Source: Eledone cirrhosa (taxonomy: Eukaryota). From it: DNA of 64,000 nt. How positions within the stretch are numbered: position 1 is the first letter of the stretch; each line of letters begins with the position of its first letter. Location: NCBI GenBank assembly GCA_964016885.1, contig OZ024755.1:44020001-44084000 (forward strand). The letters run 5' to 3'. The notes under the pieces are model-generated. The model searched no databases, was not told the DNA's origin, and was given only the letters and a program-made list of their open reading frames with translations. This document shows positions 14,402 to 30,000 of the stretch, piece after piece. The translations under genes were made by a program, and so were the position numbers.

Positions 14402-17400
14402 AACATATACTGTGTACCACAGTTGACAATACCAACACATACTGTGTACCACAGTTGACAGTACCAACATATACTGTTTACCACAGTTGACAGTACCAAT
14501 GTATACTGTGTACCACTGTTGACAGTACCAAAATATACTGTGTGCCACAGTTGACAGTACTAAGGGCATACTGTGTACCACACTTGACAGTACCAACATA
14601 TGACGTGTACCACAGTTGGCAGTACCATCATATACTGTGTACCACAGTTGACAGTACCAACATATACTGTGTACCACAGTTGACAGTACCAACATATACT
14701 GTGTACCATAGTTGACAGTACCAACGTATATTGTGTACCACAGTTGACAGTACCAACATACACCGTGTACGACAGTTGACAGTACCAACATATACTGTGT
14801 ACCACAGTTGAGAGTACCAACATAAACTGTGTACCATAGTTGACAGTACCAACATATACTGTGTACCACAGTTGACAGTACCAACATATACTGTGTACCA
14901 CAGTTGACAGTACCAACATATACTGTATACCACAGTTGACAGTACCAACATATACTGTGTACCACAGTTGACAGTACCAACATATACTGTGTACCACAGT
15001 TGACAGTACCAACATATACTGTGTACCACAGTCGACAGTACTAACATATACTGTGTACTACAGTTGACAGTACCAACATATACTGTGTACCACAGTTGAC
15101 AGTACCAACATGTACTGTGTACGTCAGTTGACAGTACCAACATATACTGTGTACCACAGTTGGCAGTACCAACATATAATGTGTACCTCAGTTGTCAGTA
15201 CCAACATATACTGTGTACCACAGTTGAGAGTACCAACGTATACTGTGTACCACAGTTGACAGTACCAACGTATACTGTGTACCACCGCTGACAGTACCAA
15301 TATATACTGTGTAACAAAGTTGACAATACCAACATATAATGTGTACCACAGTTGACAGTACCAACGTATACTGTGTACCACTGTTGACAATACCAACATA
15401 TACTGTGTACCACAGTTGACAGTACCAACATATACAGTGTACCACAGTTGACAGTACCAACATATACTGTGCACCACAGTTCACAGTACCAACGTATACT
15501 GTGTACCACATTTGACAGTACCAACATATACTGTGTACCACAGTTGACAGTACCAACATATACTGTGTACCACTGTTGACAGTACCAACATATACCGTGT
15601 ACCACAGTTGACAGTACCAACATATACTGTGTACCACTGTTGACAGTACCAACATATACTGTGTACCACAGTTGACAGTACCAACATGTACCTTGTACCA
15701 CAGTTGACAGTACCAACATATACTGTGTACCACAGTTGACAATACCAACATATACTGTGTACCACAGTTGAAAGTACCAACTTATACTTTGTACCACAGT
15801 TGACAGTACCAACATATACTGTGTACCACAGTTGACAGTACCAACATATACTGTGTACGACAGTTGACAGTACCAACATATACTGTATACCACAGTTGAC
15901 AGTACCAACATATACTGTGTACCACAGCTGACACTACCAACATATACTTGTACCTCAGTTGACAGTACTACCATATATTGTGTACCACCGTTGACAATAC
16001 CAACGTATACTGTGTACCACAGTTGACAGTACCAACACATATAGTGTACCACAGTTGACAGTACCAACGTATACTGTGTACCACAGTTGCCAATGCCAAC
16101 ATATACTGTGTACCACAGTTGAGAGTACCAACATATACTGTGTACCACAGTTGACAGTACCAACATATACTGTGTACCACTGTTGACAGTACCAAAATAT
16201 ACTGTGTACCACAGTTGACAGTACCAACGTATACTGTGTACCACTGGTGACAGTACCAACATATAACGTGTACCACAGTTGGCAGTACCATCATATACTG
16301 TGTACCACAGTTGACAGTACCAACATATACTGTGTACCACAGTTGACAGTACCAACATATACTCTGTACCATAGCTGACATTACCAACGTATATTGTGTA
16401 CCACAGTTGACAGTACCAACATACACCGTGTACGACAGTTGACAGTACCAACATATACTGTGTACCACATTTGAGAGTACCAACATAAACTGTGTACCAC
16501 AGTTGACAGTACCAACATATACTGTGTACCACAGTTGACAGTACCAACATATACTGTATACCACAGTTGACAGTACCAACACATACTGTGTACCACAGTT
16601 GACAGTACCAACATATACTGTGTACCACAGTTGACAGTACCAACATATACTGTGTACCAGAGTTGACAGTACCAACATATACTGTGTACCACAGTTGACA
16701 GTACTAACATATACTCTGTACTACAGTTGACAGTACCAACATATACTGTGTACCACAGTTGACAGTACCAACATGTACTGTGTACCACAGTTGACAGTAC
16801 CAACATATACTGTGTACCACAGTTGGCAGTACCAACATATACTGTGTACCTCAGTTGACACTACGAACATATACTGTGCACCACAGTGTACAGTACCAAC
16901 GTATATTGTGTACCACAGTTGACAGTACCAACGTATGCTGTGTACCACAGTTGACCGTACCAACATATACTGTGTAACACAGTTGACAATACCAACATTA
17001 TACTGTGTACCACAGTTGACAGTACCAACGTATACTGTGTACCACTGTTGACAGTACCAAGGGTATACTGTGTACCACACTTGACAGTACCAACATATAA
17101 CGTGTACCACAGTTGGCAGTACCATCATATACTGTGTACCACAGTTGACAGTACCAACATATACTGTGTAGCACAGTTGACAGTACCAACATATACTGTG
17201 TACCATAGTTGACAGTACCAACGTATATTGTGTACCACAGTTGACAGTACCAACATACACCGTGTACGACAGTTGACAGTACCAACATATACTGTGTACC
17301 ACAGTTGAGAGTACCAACATAAACTGTGTACCATAGTTGACAGTAACAACATATACTGTGTACCACAGTTGACAGTACCAACATATACTGTGTACCACAG

Positions 17401-20400
17401 TTGACAGTACCAACATATACTGTATACCACAGTTGACAGTACCAACATATACTGTGTACCACAGTTGACAGTACTAACATATACTGTGTACCACAGTTGA
17501 CAGTACCAACATATACTGTGTACCACAGTTGACAGTACTAACATATACTGTGTACCACAGTTGACAATACCAACACATACTGTGTACCACAGTTGACAGT
17601 ACCAACATATACTGTTTACCACAGTTGACAGTACCAATGTATACTGTGTACCACTGTTGACAGTACCAAAATATACTGTGTGCCACAGTTGACAGTACTA
17701 AGGGCATACTGTGTACCACACTTGACAGTACCAACATATGACGTGTACCACAGTTGGCAGTACCATCATATACTGTGTACCACAGTTGACAGTACCAACA
17801 TATACTGTGTACCACAGTTGACAGTACCAACATATACTGTGTACCATAGTTGACAGTACCAACGTATATTGTGTACCACAGTTGACAGTACCAACATACA
17901 CCGTGTACGACAGTTGACAGTACCAACATATACTGTGTACCACAGTTGAGAGTACCAACATAAACTGTGTACCATAGTTGACAGTACCAACATATACTGT
18001 GTACCACAGTTGACAGTACCAACATATACTGTGTACCACAGTTGACAGTACCAACATATACTGTATACCACAGTTGACAGTACCAACATATACTGTGTAC
18101 CACAGTTGACAGTACCAACATATACTGTGTACCACAGTTGACAGTACCAACATATACTGTGTACCACAGTCGACAGTACTAACATATACTGTGTACTACA
18201 GTTGACAGTACCAACATATACTGTGTACCACAGTTGACAGTACCAACATGTACTGTGTACGTCAGTTGACAGTACCAACATATACTGTGTACCACAGTTG
18301 GCAGTACCAACATATAATGTGTACCTCAGTTGTCAGTACCAACATATACTGTGTACCACAGTTGAGAGTACCAACGTATACTGTGTACCACAGTTGACAG
18401 TACCAACGTATACTGTGTACCACCGCTGACAGTACCAATATATACTGTGTAACAAAGTTGACAATACCAACATATAATGTGTACCACAGTTGACAGTACC
18501 AACGTATAATGTGTACCACTGTTGACAATACCAACATATACTGTGTACCACAGTTGACAGTACCAACATATACAGTGTACCACAGTTGACAGTACCAACA
18601 TATACTGTGTACCACAGTTCACAGTACCAACGTATACTGTGTACCACATTTGACAGTACCAACATATACTGTGTACCACAGTTGACAGTACCAACATATA
18701 CTGTGTACCACTGTTGACAGTACCAACATATACCGTGTACCACAGTTGACAGTACCAACATATACTGTGTACCACTGTTGACAGTACCAACATATACTGT
18801 GTACCACAGTTGACAGTACCAACATGTACCTTGTACCACAGTTGACAGTACCAACATATACTGTGTACCACAGTTGACAATACCAACATATACTGTGTAC
18901 CACAGTTGAAAGTACCAACTTATACTTTGTACCACAGTTGACAGTACCAACATATACTGTGTACCACAGTTGACAGTACCAACATATACTGTGTACGACA
19001 GTTGACAGTACCAACATATACTGTATACCACAGTTGACAGTACCAACATATACTGTGTACCACAGCTGACACTACCAACATATACTTGTACCTCAGTTGA
19101 CAGTACTACCATATATTGTGTACCACCGTTGACAATACCAACGTATACTGTGTACCACAGTTGACAGTACCAACACATATAGTGTACCACAGTTGACAGT
19201 ACCAACGTATACTGTGTACCACAGTTGCCAATGCCAACATATACTGTGTACCACAGTTGAGAGTACCAACATATACTGTGTACCACAGTTGACAGTACCA
19301 ACATATACTGTGTACCACTGTTGACAGTACCAAAATATACTGTGTACCACAGTTGACAGTACCAACGTATACTGTGTACCACTGGTGACAGTACCAACAT
19401 ATAACGTGTACCACAGTTGGCAGTACCATCATATACTGTGTACCACAGTTGACAGTACCAACATATACTGTGTACCACAGTTGACAGTACCAACATATAC
19501 TCTGTACCATAGCTGACATTACCAACGTATATTGTGTACCACAGTTGACAGTACCAACATACACCGTGTACGACAGTTGACAGTACCAACATATACTGTG
19601 TACCACATTTGAGAGTACCAACATAAACTGTGTACCACAGTTGACAGTACCAACATATACTGTGTACCACAGTTGACAGTACCAACATATACTGTATACC
19701 ACAGTTGACAGTACCAACACATACTGTGTACCACAGTTGACAGTACCAACATATACTGTGTACCACAGTTGACAGTACCAACATATACTGTGTACCAGAG
19801 TTGACAGTACCAACATATACTGTGTACCACAGTTGACAGTACTAACATATACTCTGTACTACAGTTGACAGTACCAACATATACTGTGTACCACAGTTGA
19901 CAGTACCAACATGTACTGTGTACCACAGTTGACAGTACCAACATATACTGTGTACCACAGTTGGCAGTACCAACATATACTGTGTACCTCAGTTGACACT
20001 ACGAACATATACTGTGCACCACAGTGTACAGTACCAACGTATATTGTGTACCACAGTTGACAGTACCAACGTATGCTGTGTACCACAGTTGACCGTACCA
20101 ACATATACTGTGTAACACAGTTGACAATACCAACATTATACTGTGTACCACAGTTGACAGTACCAACGTATACTGTGTACCACTGTTGACAGTACCAAGG
20201 GTATACTGTGTACCACACTTGACAGTACCAACATATAACGTGTACCACAGTTGGCAGTACCATCATATACTGTGTACCACAGTTGACAGTACCAACATAT
20301 ACTGTGTAGCACAGTTGACAGTACCAACATATACTGTGTACCATAGTTGACAGTACCAACGTATATTGTGTACCACAGTTGACAGTACCAACATACACCG

Positions 20401-20690
20401 TGTACGACAGTTGACAGTACCAACATATACTGTGTACCACAGTTGAGAGTACCAACATAAACTGTGTACCATAGTTGACAGTAACAACATATACTGTGTA
20501 CCACAGTTGACAGTACCAACATATACTGTGTACCACAGTTGACAGTACCAACATATACTGTATACCACAGTTGACAGTACCAACATATACTGTGTACCAC
20601 AGTTGACAGTACTAACATATACTGTGTACCACAGTTGACAGTACCAACATATACTGTGTACCACAGTTGACAGTACTAACATATACTGTG
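14402..20690. repeat. Tandem duplication of a 3138-bp (98-monomer) unit, junction at ~17540-17555
   Basis: ORF pairs 14560/17698, 15195/18333, 16721/19859 and 16998/20136 are all offset 3138. 3138 = 98x32+2, which matches three 33-bp monomers and one 31-bp monomer per unit. I saw only two differences between the copies (~15472 vs 18610 and ~15371 vs 18509). Confidence 0.95.
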
Positions 20691-21074
20691 TACTACAGTT
20701 GACAGTACCAACATATACTGTGTACCACAGTTGACAGTACCAACATGTACTGTGTACCACAGTTGACAGTACCAACATATACTGTGTACCACAGTTGGCA
20801 GTACCAACATATAATGTGTACCTCAGTTGTCAGTACCAACATATACTGTGTACCACAGTTGACAGTACCAACGTATACTGTGTACCACAGTTGACAGTAC
20901 CAACGTATACTGTGTACCACCGCTGACAGTACCAATATATACTGTGTAACACAGTTGACAATACCAACATATAATGTGTACCACAGTTGACAGTACCAAC
21001 GTATACTGTGTACCACTGTTGACAATACTAACATATACTGTGTACCACAGTTGACAGTACCAACATATACAGTG

Positions 21075-24000
21075 TACCACAGTTGACAGTACCAACATAT
21101 ACTGTGTACCACAGTTCACAGTACCAACGTATACTGTGTACCACTTTTGACAGTACCAACATATACTGTGTACCACAGTTCACAGTACCAACATATACTG
21201 TGTACCACTGTTGACATTATCAACATATAGCGTTTCCCACAGTTGACAGTACCAACATATACAATGTACCTCTGTTGACAGTACCAACATATACTGTGTA
21301 CCACAGTTGACAGTACCAACATGTACCGTGTACCACAGTTGACAGTACCAACGTATACTGTGTACCACAGTTGACAATACCAACATATACTGTGTACCAC
21401 AGTTGAAAGTACCAACGTATACTTTGTACCACAGTTGACAGTACCAACATATACTGTGTACCACAGTTGACAGTACCAACGTATACTGTGTACCAGAGTT
21501 GACAATACCAACATATACTGTGTACCACAGTTGACAGTACCAACATATACTGTATACCACAGTTGACAGAACCAACATATACAGTGTACCACAGTTGACA
21601 GTACCAACATATACTGTGTACCACAGTTGACAGTACCAACATATACTGTATACAACAGTTGACAGTACCAACATATACTGTGTACCACTGTTGACAGTAC
21701 CAACATATACCGTGTACCACAGTTGACAGTACCAACATATACTGTGTACCACAGCTGACACTACCAACATATACTTGTACCTCAGTTGACAGTACTACCA
21801 TATATTGTGTACCACCGTTGACAATACCAACGTATACTGTGTACCACAGTTGACAGTACCAACACATATAGTGTACCACAGTTGACAGTACCAACGTATA
21901 CTGTGTACCACAGTTGCCAATGCCAACATATACTGTGTACCACAGTTGAGAGTACCAACATATACTGTGTACCACAGTTGACAGTACCAACATATACTGT
22001 GTACCACAGTTGACAGTACCAACATATACTGTGTACCACAGTTGACAGTACCAATGTATACTGTGTACCACTGTTGACAGTACCAAAATATACTGTGTAC
22101 CACAGTTGACAGTACCAATGTATACTGTGTACCACACTTGACAGTTCCAACATATAACGTGTACCACAGTTGGCAGTACCATCATATACTGTGTACCACA
22201 GTTGACAATACCAACATATACTGTGTACCACAGTTGACAGTACCAACATATACTGTGTACCATAGCTGACATTACCAACGTATATTGTGTACCACAGTTG
22301 AGAGTACCAACATACACCGTGTACGACAGTTGACAGTACCAACATTTACTGTGTACCACAGTTGAGAGTACCAACATAAACTGTGTACCACAGTTGACAG
22401 TACCAACATATACTGTGTACCACAGTTGACAGTACCAACATATACTGTATACCACAGTTGACAGTACCAACACATACAGTGTACCACAGTTGACAGTACC
22501 AACATATACTGTGTACCACAGTTGACAGTACCAACATATACTGTGTACCAGAGTTGACAGTACCAACATATACTGTGTACCACAGTTGACAGTACTAACA
22601 TATACTGTGTACCACAGTTGTCAGTACCAACATGTACTGTGTACCACAGTTGACAGTACCAACATATACTGTGTACCACAGTTGGCAGTACCAACATATA
22701 CTGTGTACCTCAGTTGACAGTACCAACATATACTGTGTACCACAGTTGACAGTACCAACGTATATTGTGTACCACAGTTGACAGTACCAACGTATACTGT
22801 GTACCACAGTTGACCGTACCAACATATACTGTGTAACACAGTTGACAATACCAACATTATAATGTGTACCACAGTTGACAGTACCAACGTATACTGTGTA
22901 CCACTGTTGACAATACCAACATATACTGTGTACCACAGTCGACAGAACCAACATATACTGTGTACCACAGTTGACAGTACCAACATATTCTGTGTACCAC
23001 AGTTGACAGTACCAACATGTACCGTGAACCACAGTAGACAGTACCAACGTATACTGTGTACCACAGTTGAGAGTACCAACGTATAGTGTGTACCACAGTT
23101 GACAGTACCAACATATACTATGTACCACAGTTCACAGTACCAACGTATACTGTGTACCACATTTGACAGTACCAACATATACTGTGTACCACTGTTGACA
23201 GTACCAACATATACCGTGTAACACAGTTGACAGTACCAACATATACTGTGTACCACTGTTGACAGTACCAACATATACCTTGTACCACAGTTCACAGTAC
23301 CAACGTATACTGTTTATGTTACCACAGTTGACAGTACCAACATATACTGTGTACCACAGTTGAGACTACCAACATATACTGGGTACCACTGTTGACAGTA
23401 ACAACATATACTATGTACCACAGCTGACAGTACCAACATATACTGTGTACCACAGTTGACAGTACCAACGTATACTGTGTACCACAGTTGACAGTACCAA
23501 CGTATACAGGGTACCACATTTGACACTACCAACATATACTGTGTACCACAGTTGACAGTACCAACATATACTGTATACCACAGTTGACAGTACCGACATA
23601 TACTGTGTACCACAGTTGACAATACCAACATATACTTTGTACCACGGTTGACAGTACCAACGTATACTGTGTACCACTGTTGACAATATCATCATATACT
23701 GTGTACCACAGTTGACATTACCAACATATACAGTGTACCACAGTTGACAGTACCAACATATACTGTGTACCACAGTTGACAGTACCAACATATACTGTGT
23801 ACCACAGTTGACAGTACCAACAGGTACCGTGAACCATAGTTGACAGTACCAACGTATACTGTGTACCACAGTTGAGAGTACCAGCGTATAGTGTGTATCA
23901 CACTTGACAGTACCAACATATACTGTGTACCACAGTTGACAGTATCAACATATACTGTGTACCATAGTTGACAGTACCAACGTATATTGTGTACCACAGT

Positions 24001-27000
24001 TGACAGTACCAACATACACCGTGTACGACAGTTGACAGTACCAACATATACTGTGTACCACATTTGAGAGTACCAACATAAACTGTGTACCACAGTTGAC
24101 AGTACCAACATATACTGTGTACCACAGTTGACAGTACCAACATATACTGTGTACCACAGTTGACAGTACCAACATATACTGTATACCACAGTTGACAGTA
24201 CCAACATATACTGTGTACCACAGTTGACAGTACCAACATATACTGTGTACCACAGTTGACAGTACCAACATATACTGTGTACCACAGTTGACAGTACTAA
24301 CATATACTGTGTGCTATAGTTGACAGTACCAACATATACTGTGTAACAGAGTTGACAGTACCAACATGTACTGTGTACCACAGTTGACAGTACCAAATAT
24401 ATACTGTGTACCATAGTTGGCAGTACCAACATATAATGCGTATCTCAGTTGACAGAACCAACATATACTGTGTAACACAGTTGACAGTACCAACGTATAC
24501 TGTGTACCACAGTTGACAGTACCAACGTTTACTGTGTACCACAGTTGACAGTACCAATATATACTGTGTAACACAGTTGACAATACCAACATATAATGTG
24601 TACCATAGTTGACAGTACCAACGTATACTGTGAACCACTGTTGGCAATACCAACATATACTGTGTACCACAGTTGACAGTACCAACATATACAGTGTACC
24701 ACAGTTGACAGTACCAACATATACTGTGTACCACAGTTGACAGTACCAACATATACTGTATACCACAGTTGACAGTACCAACATGTACCGTGAACCACAG
24801 TTGACAGTACCAACGTATACTGTGTACCACAGTTGAGAGTACCAACGTATAGTGTGTACCACAGTTGACAGTACCAACATATACTGTGTACCACAGTTGA
24901 CAGTACCAACATATAGTGTGTACCACAGTTCACAGTACCAACGTATACTGTGTACCACATTTGACAGTACCAACATATAATGTGTACCACAGTTGACAGT
25001 ACCAACATATACGGTGTACCACTGTTGACAGTACCAACATATACCGTGTACCAGATTTGACAGTACCAACATATTCTGTGTACCACTGTTCACAGTACCA
25101 ACATATACTGTGTACCACAGTTGAAAGTACCAACGTATACTGTGTACCACAGTTGACAACACCAACATATACTGTGTACCACAGTTGACAGTACCAACAT
25201 ATACTGTATACCACAGTTGACAGTACCAACATAGACTGTGTACCACAGTTGACAGTACCAACATTTACTGTGTACCACAGTTGACAGTACCAACATATAC
25301 TGTATACCACAGTTGAAAGTACCAACATATACTGTGTACCACTGTTGAAAGTACCAACATATACTGTGTACCACAGTTGACAGTACCAACATATACTGTG
25401 TACCACAGCTGACACTACCAACATATACTTGTACCTCAGTTAACAGTACTACCATATATTGTGTACCACCGTTGACAATACCAACGTATACTGTGAACCA
25501 CAGTTGACAATACCAACATATACTGTGTACCACAGTTGACAATACCAGCACATATAGTGTACCACAGTTGACAGTACCAACGTATACTGTGTACCACAGT
25601 TGCCAATGCCAACATATACTGTGTACCACAGTTGAGAGTACCAACATATACTGTGTACCACAGTTGACAGTACCAACATATACTGTGTACCACAGTTGAC
25701 AGTACCAACATATACTGTGTACCACGGTTGACAGTACCAACATATACTGTGTACCACAGTTGACAGTACCAACATATACTGTGTACCATAGTTGACATTA
25801 CCAACGTATATTGTGTACCACAGTTGACAGTACCTACATGTACTGTGTACCACAGTTGACAGTACCAACATATACTGTGTATCACAGTTGACAGTACCAA
25901 CGTATACTGTGTACCACAGTTGACAGTACCAACATATAACGTGTACCACAGTTGGCAGTACCATCATATACTTTGTACCACAGTTGACAGTACCAACATA
26001 TACTGTGTACCACAGTTGACAGTACCAACATATACTGTGTACCATAGTTGACATTACCAACGTATATTGTGTACCACAGTTGACAGTACCAACATACACC
26101 GTGTACAAGAGTTGACAGTACCAACATATACTGTGTACCACAGTTGCGAGTACCAACATAAACTGTGTACCACAGTTGACAGTACCAACATATACTGTGT
26201 ACCACAGTTGACAGTACCAACATATACTGTGTACGACAGTTGACAGTACCAACATATACTGTATACCACAGTTGACAGTACCAACACATACTGTGTACCA
26301 CAGTTGACAGTACCAACATATACTGTGTACCACAGTTGACAGTACCAACATATACTGTGTACCACAGTTGACAGTACCAACATATATAGTGTACCACAGT
26401 TGACAGTACTAACATATACTGTGTACTACAGTTGACAGTACCAACATATACTGTGTACCACAGTTGAGAGTACCAACATGTACTGTGTACCACAGTTGAC
26501 AGTACCAACATATACTGTGTACCACAGTTGGCAGTACCAACATATACAGTGTACCACAATTGACAGTACCAACATATACTGTGTACCACAGTTGACAGTA
26601 CCAACATGTACCGTGAACCACAGTTGACAGTACCAACTATACTGTGTACCACAGTTGAGAGTACCAACGTATACTGTGTACCACAGTTGACAGTACCAAC
26701 ATATACTGTGTACCACAGTTGACAGTACCAACATATACTGTGTACCACAGTTGACAGTACCAACATATACTGTGTACCATAGTTGACAGTACCAACGTAT
26801 ATTGTGTACCACAGTTGAGAGTACCAACATACAACGTGTACGACAGTTGACAGTAAAAACATATACTGTGTACCACAGTTGAGAGTACCAACATAAACTG
26901 TGTACCACAGTTGACAGTACCAACATATACTGTGTACCACAGTTGACAGTACCAACATATACTGTATACCACAGTTGACAGTACCAACATATACTGTATA

Positions 27001-30000
27001 CCACAGTTGACAGTACCAACATATACTGTGTACCACAGTTGACAGTACCAACATATACTGTGTACCACAGTTGACAGTACCAACATATACTGTGTACCAC
27101 AGTTGACAGTACTAACATATACTGTGTACTAGAGTTGACAGTACCAACATATACTGTGTACCACAGTTGACAGTACCAACATATACTGTGTACCACAGTT
27201 GGCAGTACCAACATATAATGTGTACCTCAGTTGACGGTACCAACATATACTGTGTACCACAGTTGACAGTACCAACGTATACTGTGTACCACAGTTGACA
27301 GTACCAACGTATACTATGTACCACAGTTGGCAGTACCAATATATAATGTGTACCTCAGTTGACAGTACCAATATATACTGTGTAACACAGTTGACAATAC
27401 CAACATATAATGTGTACCACAGTTGACAGTACCAACGTATACTGTGAACCACTGTTGGCAACACCAACATATACTGTGTACCACAGTTGACAGAACCAAC
27501 ATATACAGTGTACCACAGTTGACAGTACCAACATATACTGTGTACCACAGTTGACAGTACCAACATATACTGTGTACCACAGTTGACAGTACCAACATGT
27601 ACCGTGAACCACAGTTGACAGTACCAACGTATACTGTGTACCACAGTTGAAAGTACCAACGTATAGTGTGTACCATAGTTGACAGTACCAACATATACTG
27701 TGTACCACAGTTGACAGTACCAACATATACTGTGTACCACAGTTCACAGTACCAACGTATACTGTGTACCACATTTGACAGTACGAACATATACTGTGTA
27801 CCACAGTTGACAGTACCAACATATACTGTGTACCACTTTTGACAGTACCAACATATACCGTGTATCACATTTGACAGTACCAACATGTACTGTGTACCAC
27901 TGTTGACAGTACCAACATATACTGTGTACCACAGTTGACAGTACCAACATGTACCGTGTACCACAGTTGACAGTACCAACGTATACTGTGTACCACAGTT
28001 GACAATACCAACATATACTGTGTACCACATTTGACAGTACCAACATATACTGTGTACCACAGTTGAAAGTACCAACGTATACTGTGTACCACAGTTGACA
28101 ACACCAACATATACTGTGTACCACAGTTGACAGTACCAACATATACTGTATACCACAGTTGACACTACCAACATATACTGTGTACCAGAGTTGACAGTAC
28201 CAACATATACTGTGTACCACAGTTGACAGTACCAACATATACTGTATACCACAGTTGACAGTACCAACATATACTGTGTACCACTGTTGACAGTACCAAC
28301 ATATACAGTGTACCACAGTTGACAGTACCAACATATACTGTGTACCACAGCTGACACTACCAACATATACTTGTACCTCAGTTGACAGTACTACCATATA
28401 TTGTGTACCACCGTTGACAATACCAACGTATACTGTGTACCACAGTTGACAGTACCAAAGTATACTGTGCACCACAGTTGACAGTACCAACATATACTGT
28501 GTACCACAGTTGACAATACCAACATATACTGTGTACCACAGTTGACAATACCAACACATATAGTGTACCACAGTTGACAATACCAACACATATAGTGTAC
28601 CACAGTTGACAGTACCAACGTATACTGTGTACCACAGTTGCCAATGCCAACATATACTGTGTACCACAGTTGAGAGTACCAACATGTACCGTGTACCACA
28701 GTTGACAGTACCAACGTATACTGTGTACCACAGTTGACAGTACCAACGTATACTGTTTACCACAGTTGACAGTACCAACATATACTGTGTACCACAGTTG
28801 ACAGTACCAACATATACTGTGTACCACAGTTGACAGTACTAACATATACTGTGTACTACAGTTGACAGTACCAACATATACTGTGTAACAGAGTTGACAG
28901 TACCAACATGTACTGTGTACCACAGTTGACAGTACCAACATATACTGTGTACCACAGTTGGCAGTACCAACATATAATGTGTACCTCAGTTGACAGTACC
29001 AACACATACTGTGTACCACAGTTGACAGTACCAACGTATACTGTGTACCACAGTTGACAGTACCAACGTTTACTGTGTACCACAGTTGACAGTACCAATA
29101 TATACTGTGTAACACAGTTGACAATACCAACATATAATGTGTACCACAGTTGACAGTACCAACGTATACTGTGAACCACTGTTGGCAATACCAACATATA
29201 CTGTGTACCACAGTTGACAGTACCAACATATACAGTGTACCACAGTTGACAGTACCAACATATACTGTGTACCACAGTTGACAGTACCAACATATACTGT
29301 ATACCACAGTTGACAGTACCAACATGTAACGTGAACCACAGTTGACAGTACCAACGTATACTGTGTACCACAGTTGAGAGTACCAACGTATAGTGTGTAC
29401 CACAGTTGACAGTACCAACATACACTGTGTACCACAGTTGACAGTACCAACATATACTGTGTACCACAGTTCACAGTACCAACGTATACTGTGTACCACA
29501 TTTGACAGTACCAACATATACTGTGTACCACAGTTGACAGTACCAACATATACGGTGTACCACTGTTGACAGTACCAACATATACCGTGTACCACATTTG
29601 ACAGTACCAACATATTCTGTGTACCACTGTTGACAGTACCAACATATACTGTGTACCACAGTTGACAGTACCAACATGCACAGTGTACCACAGTTGACAG
29701 TACCAACGTATACTGTGTACCACAGTTGACAATACCAACATATACTGTGTACCACAGTTGACAGTACCAACATATACTGTGTACCACAGTTGAAAGTACC
29801 AACGTATACTGTGTACCACAGTTGACAACACCAACATATACTGTGTACCACAGTTGACAGTACCAACATATACTGTATACCACAGTTGACAGTACCAACA
29901 TAGACTGTGTACCACAGTTGACAGTACCAACATATACTGTGTACCACAGTTGACAGTACCAACATATACTGTATACCACAGTTGAAAGTACCAACATATA

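Noticed and set aside
22862-23086. Plus-strand 74-aa ORF (also 32816..33040 and 33974..34198)
   Set aside because: It exists only because two TGA-destroying variants (gtcgac, gtagac) happen to lie 96 bp apart downstream of a variant ATG. The three copies are products of the block duplications.
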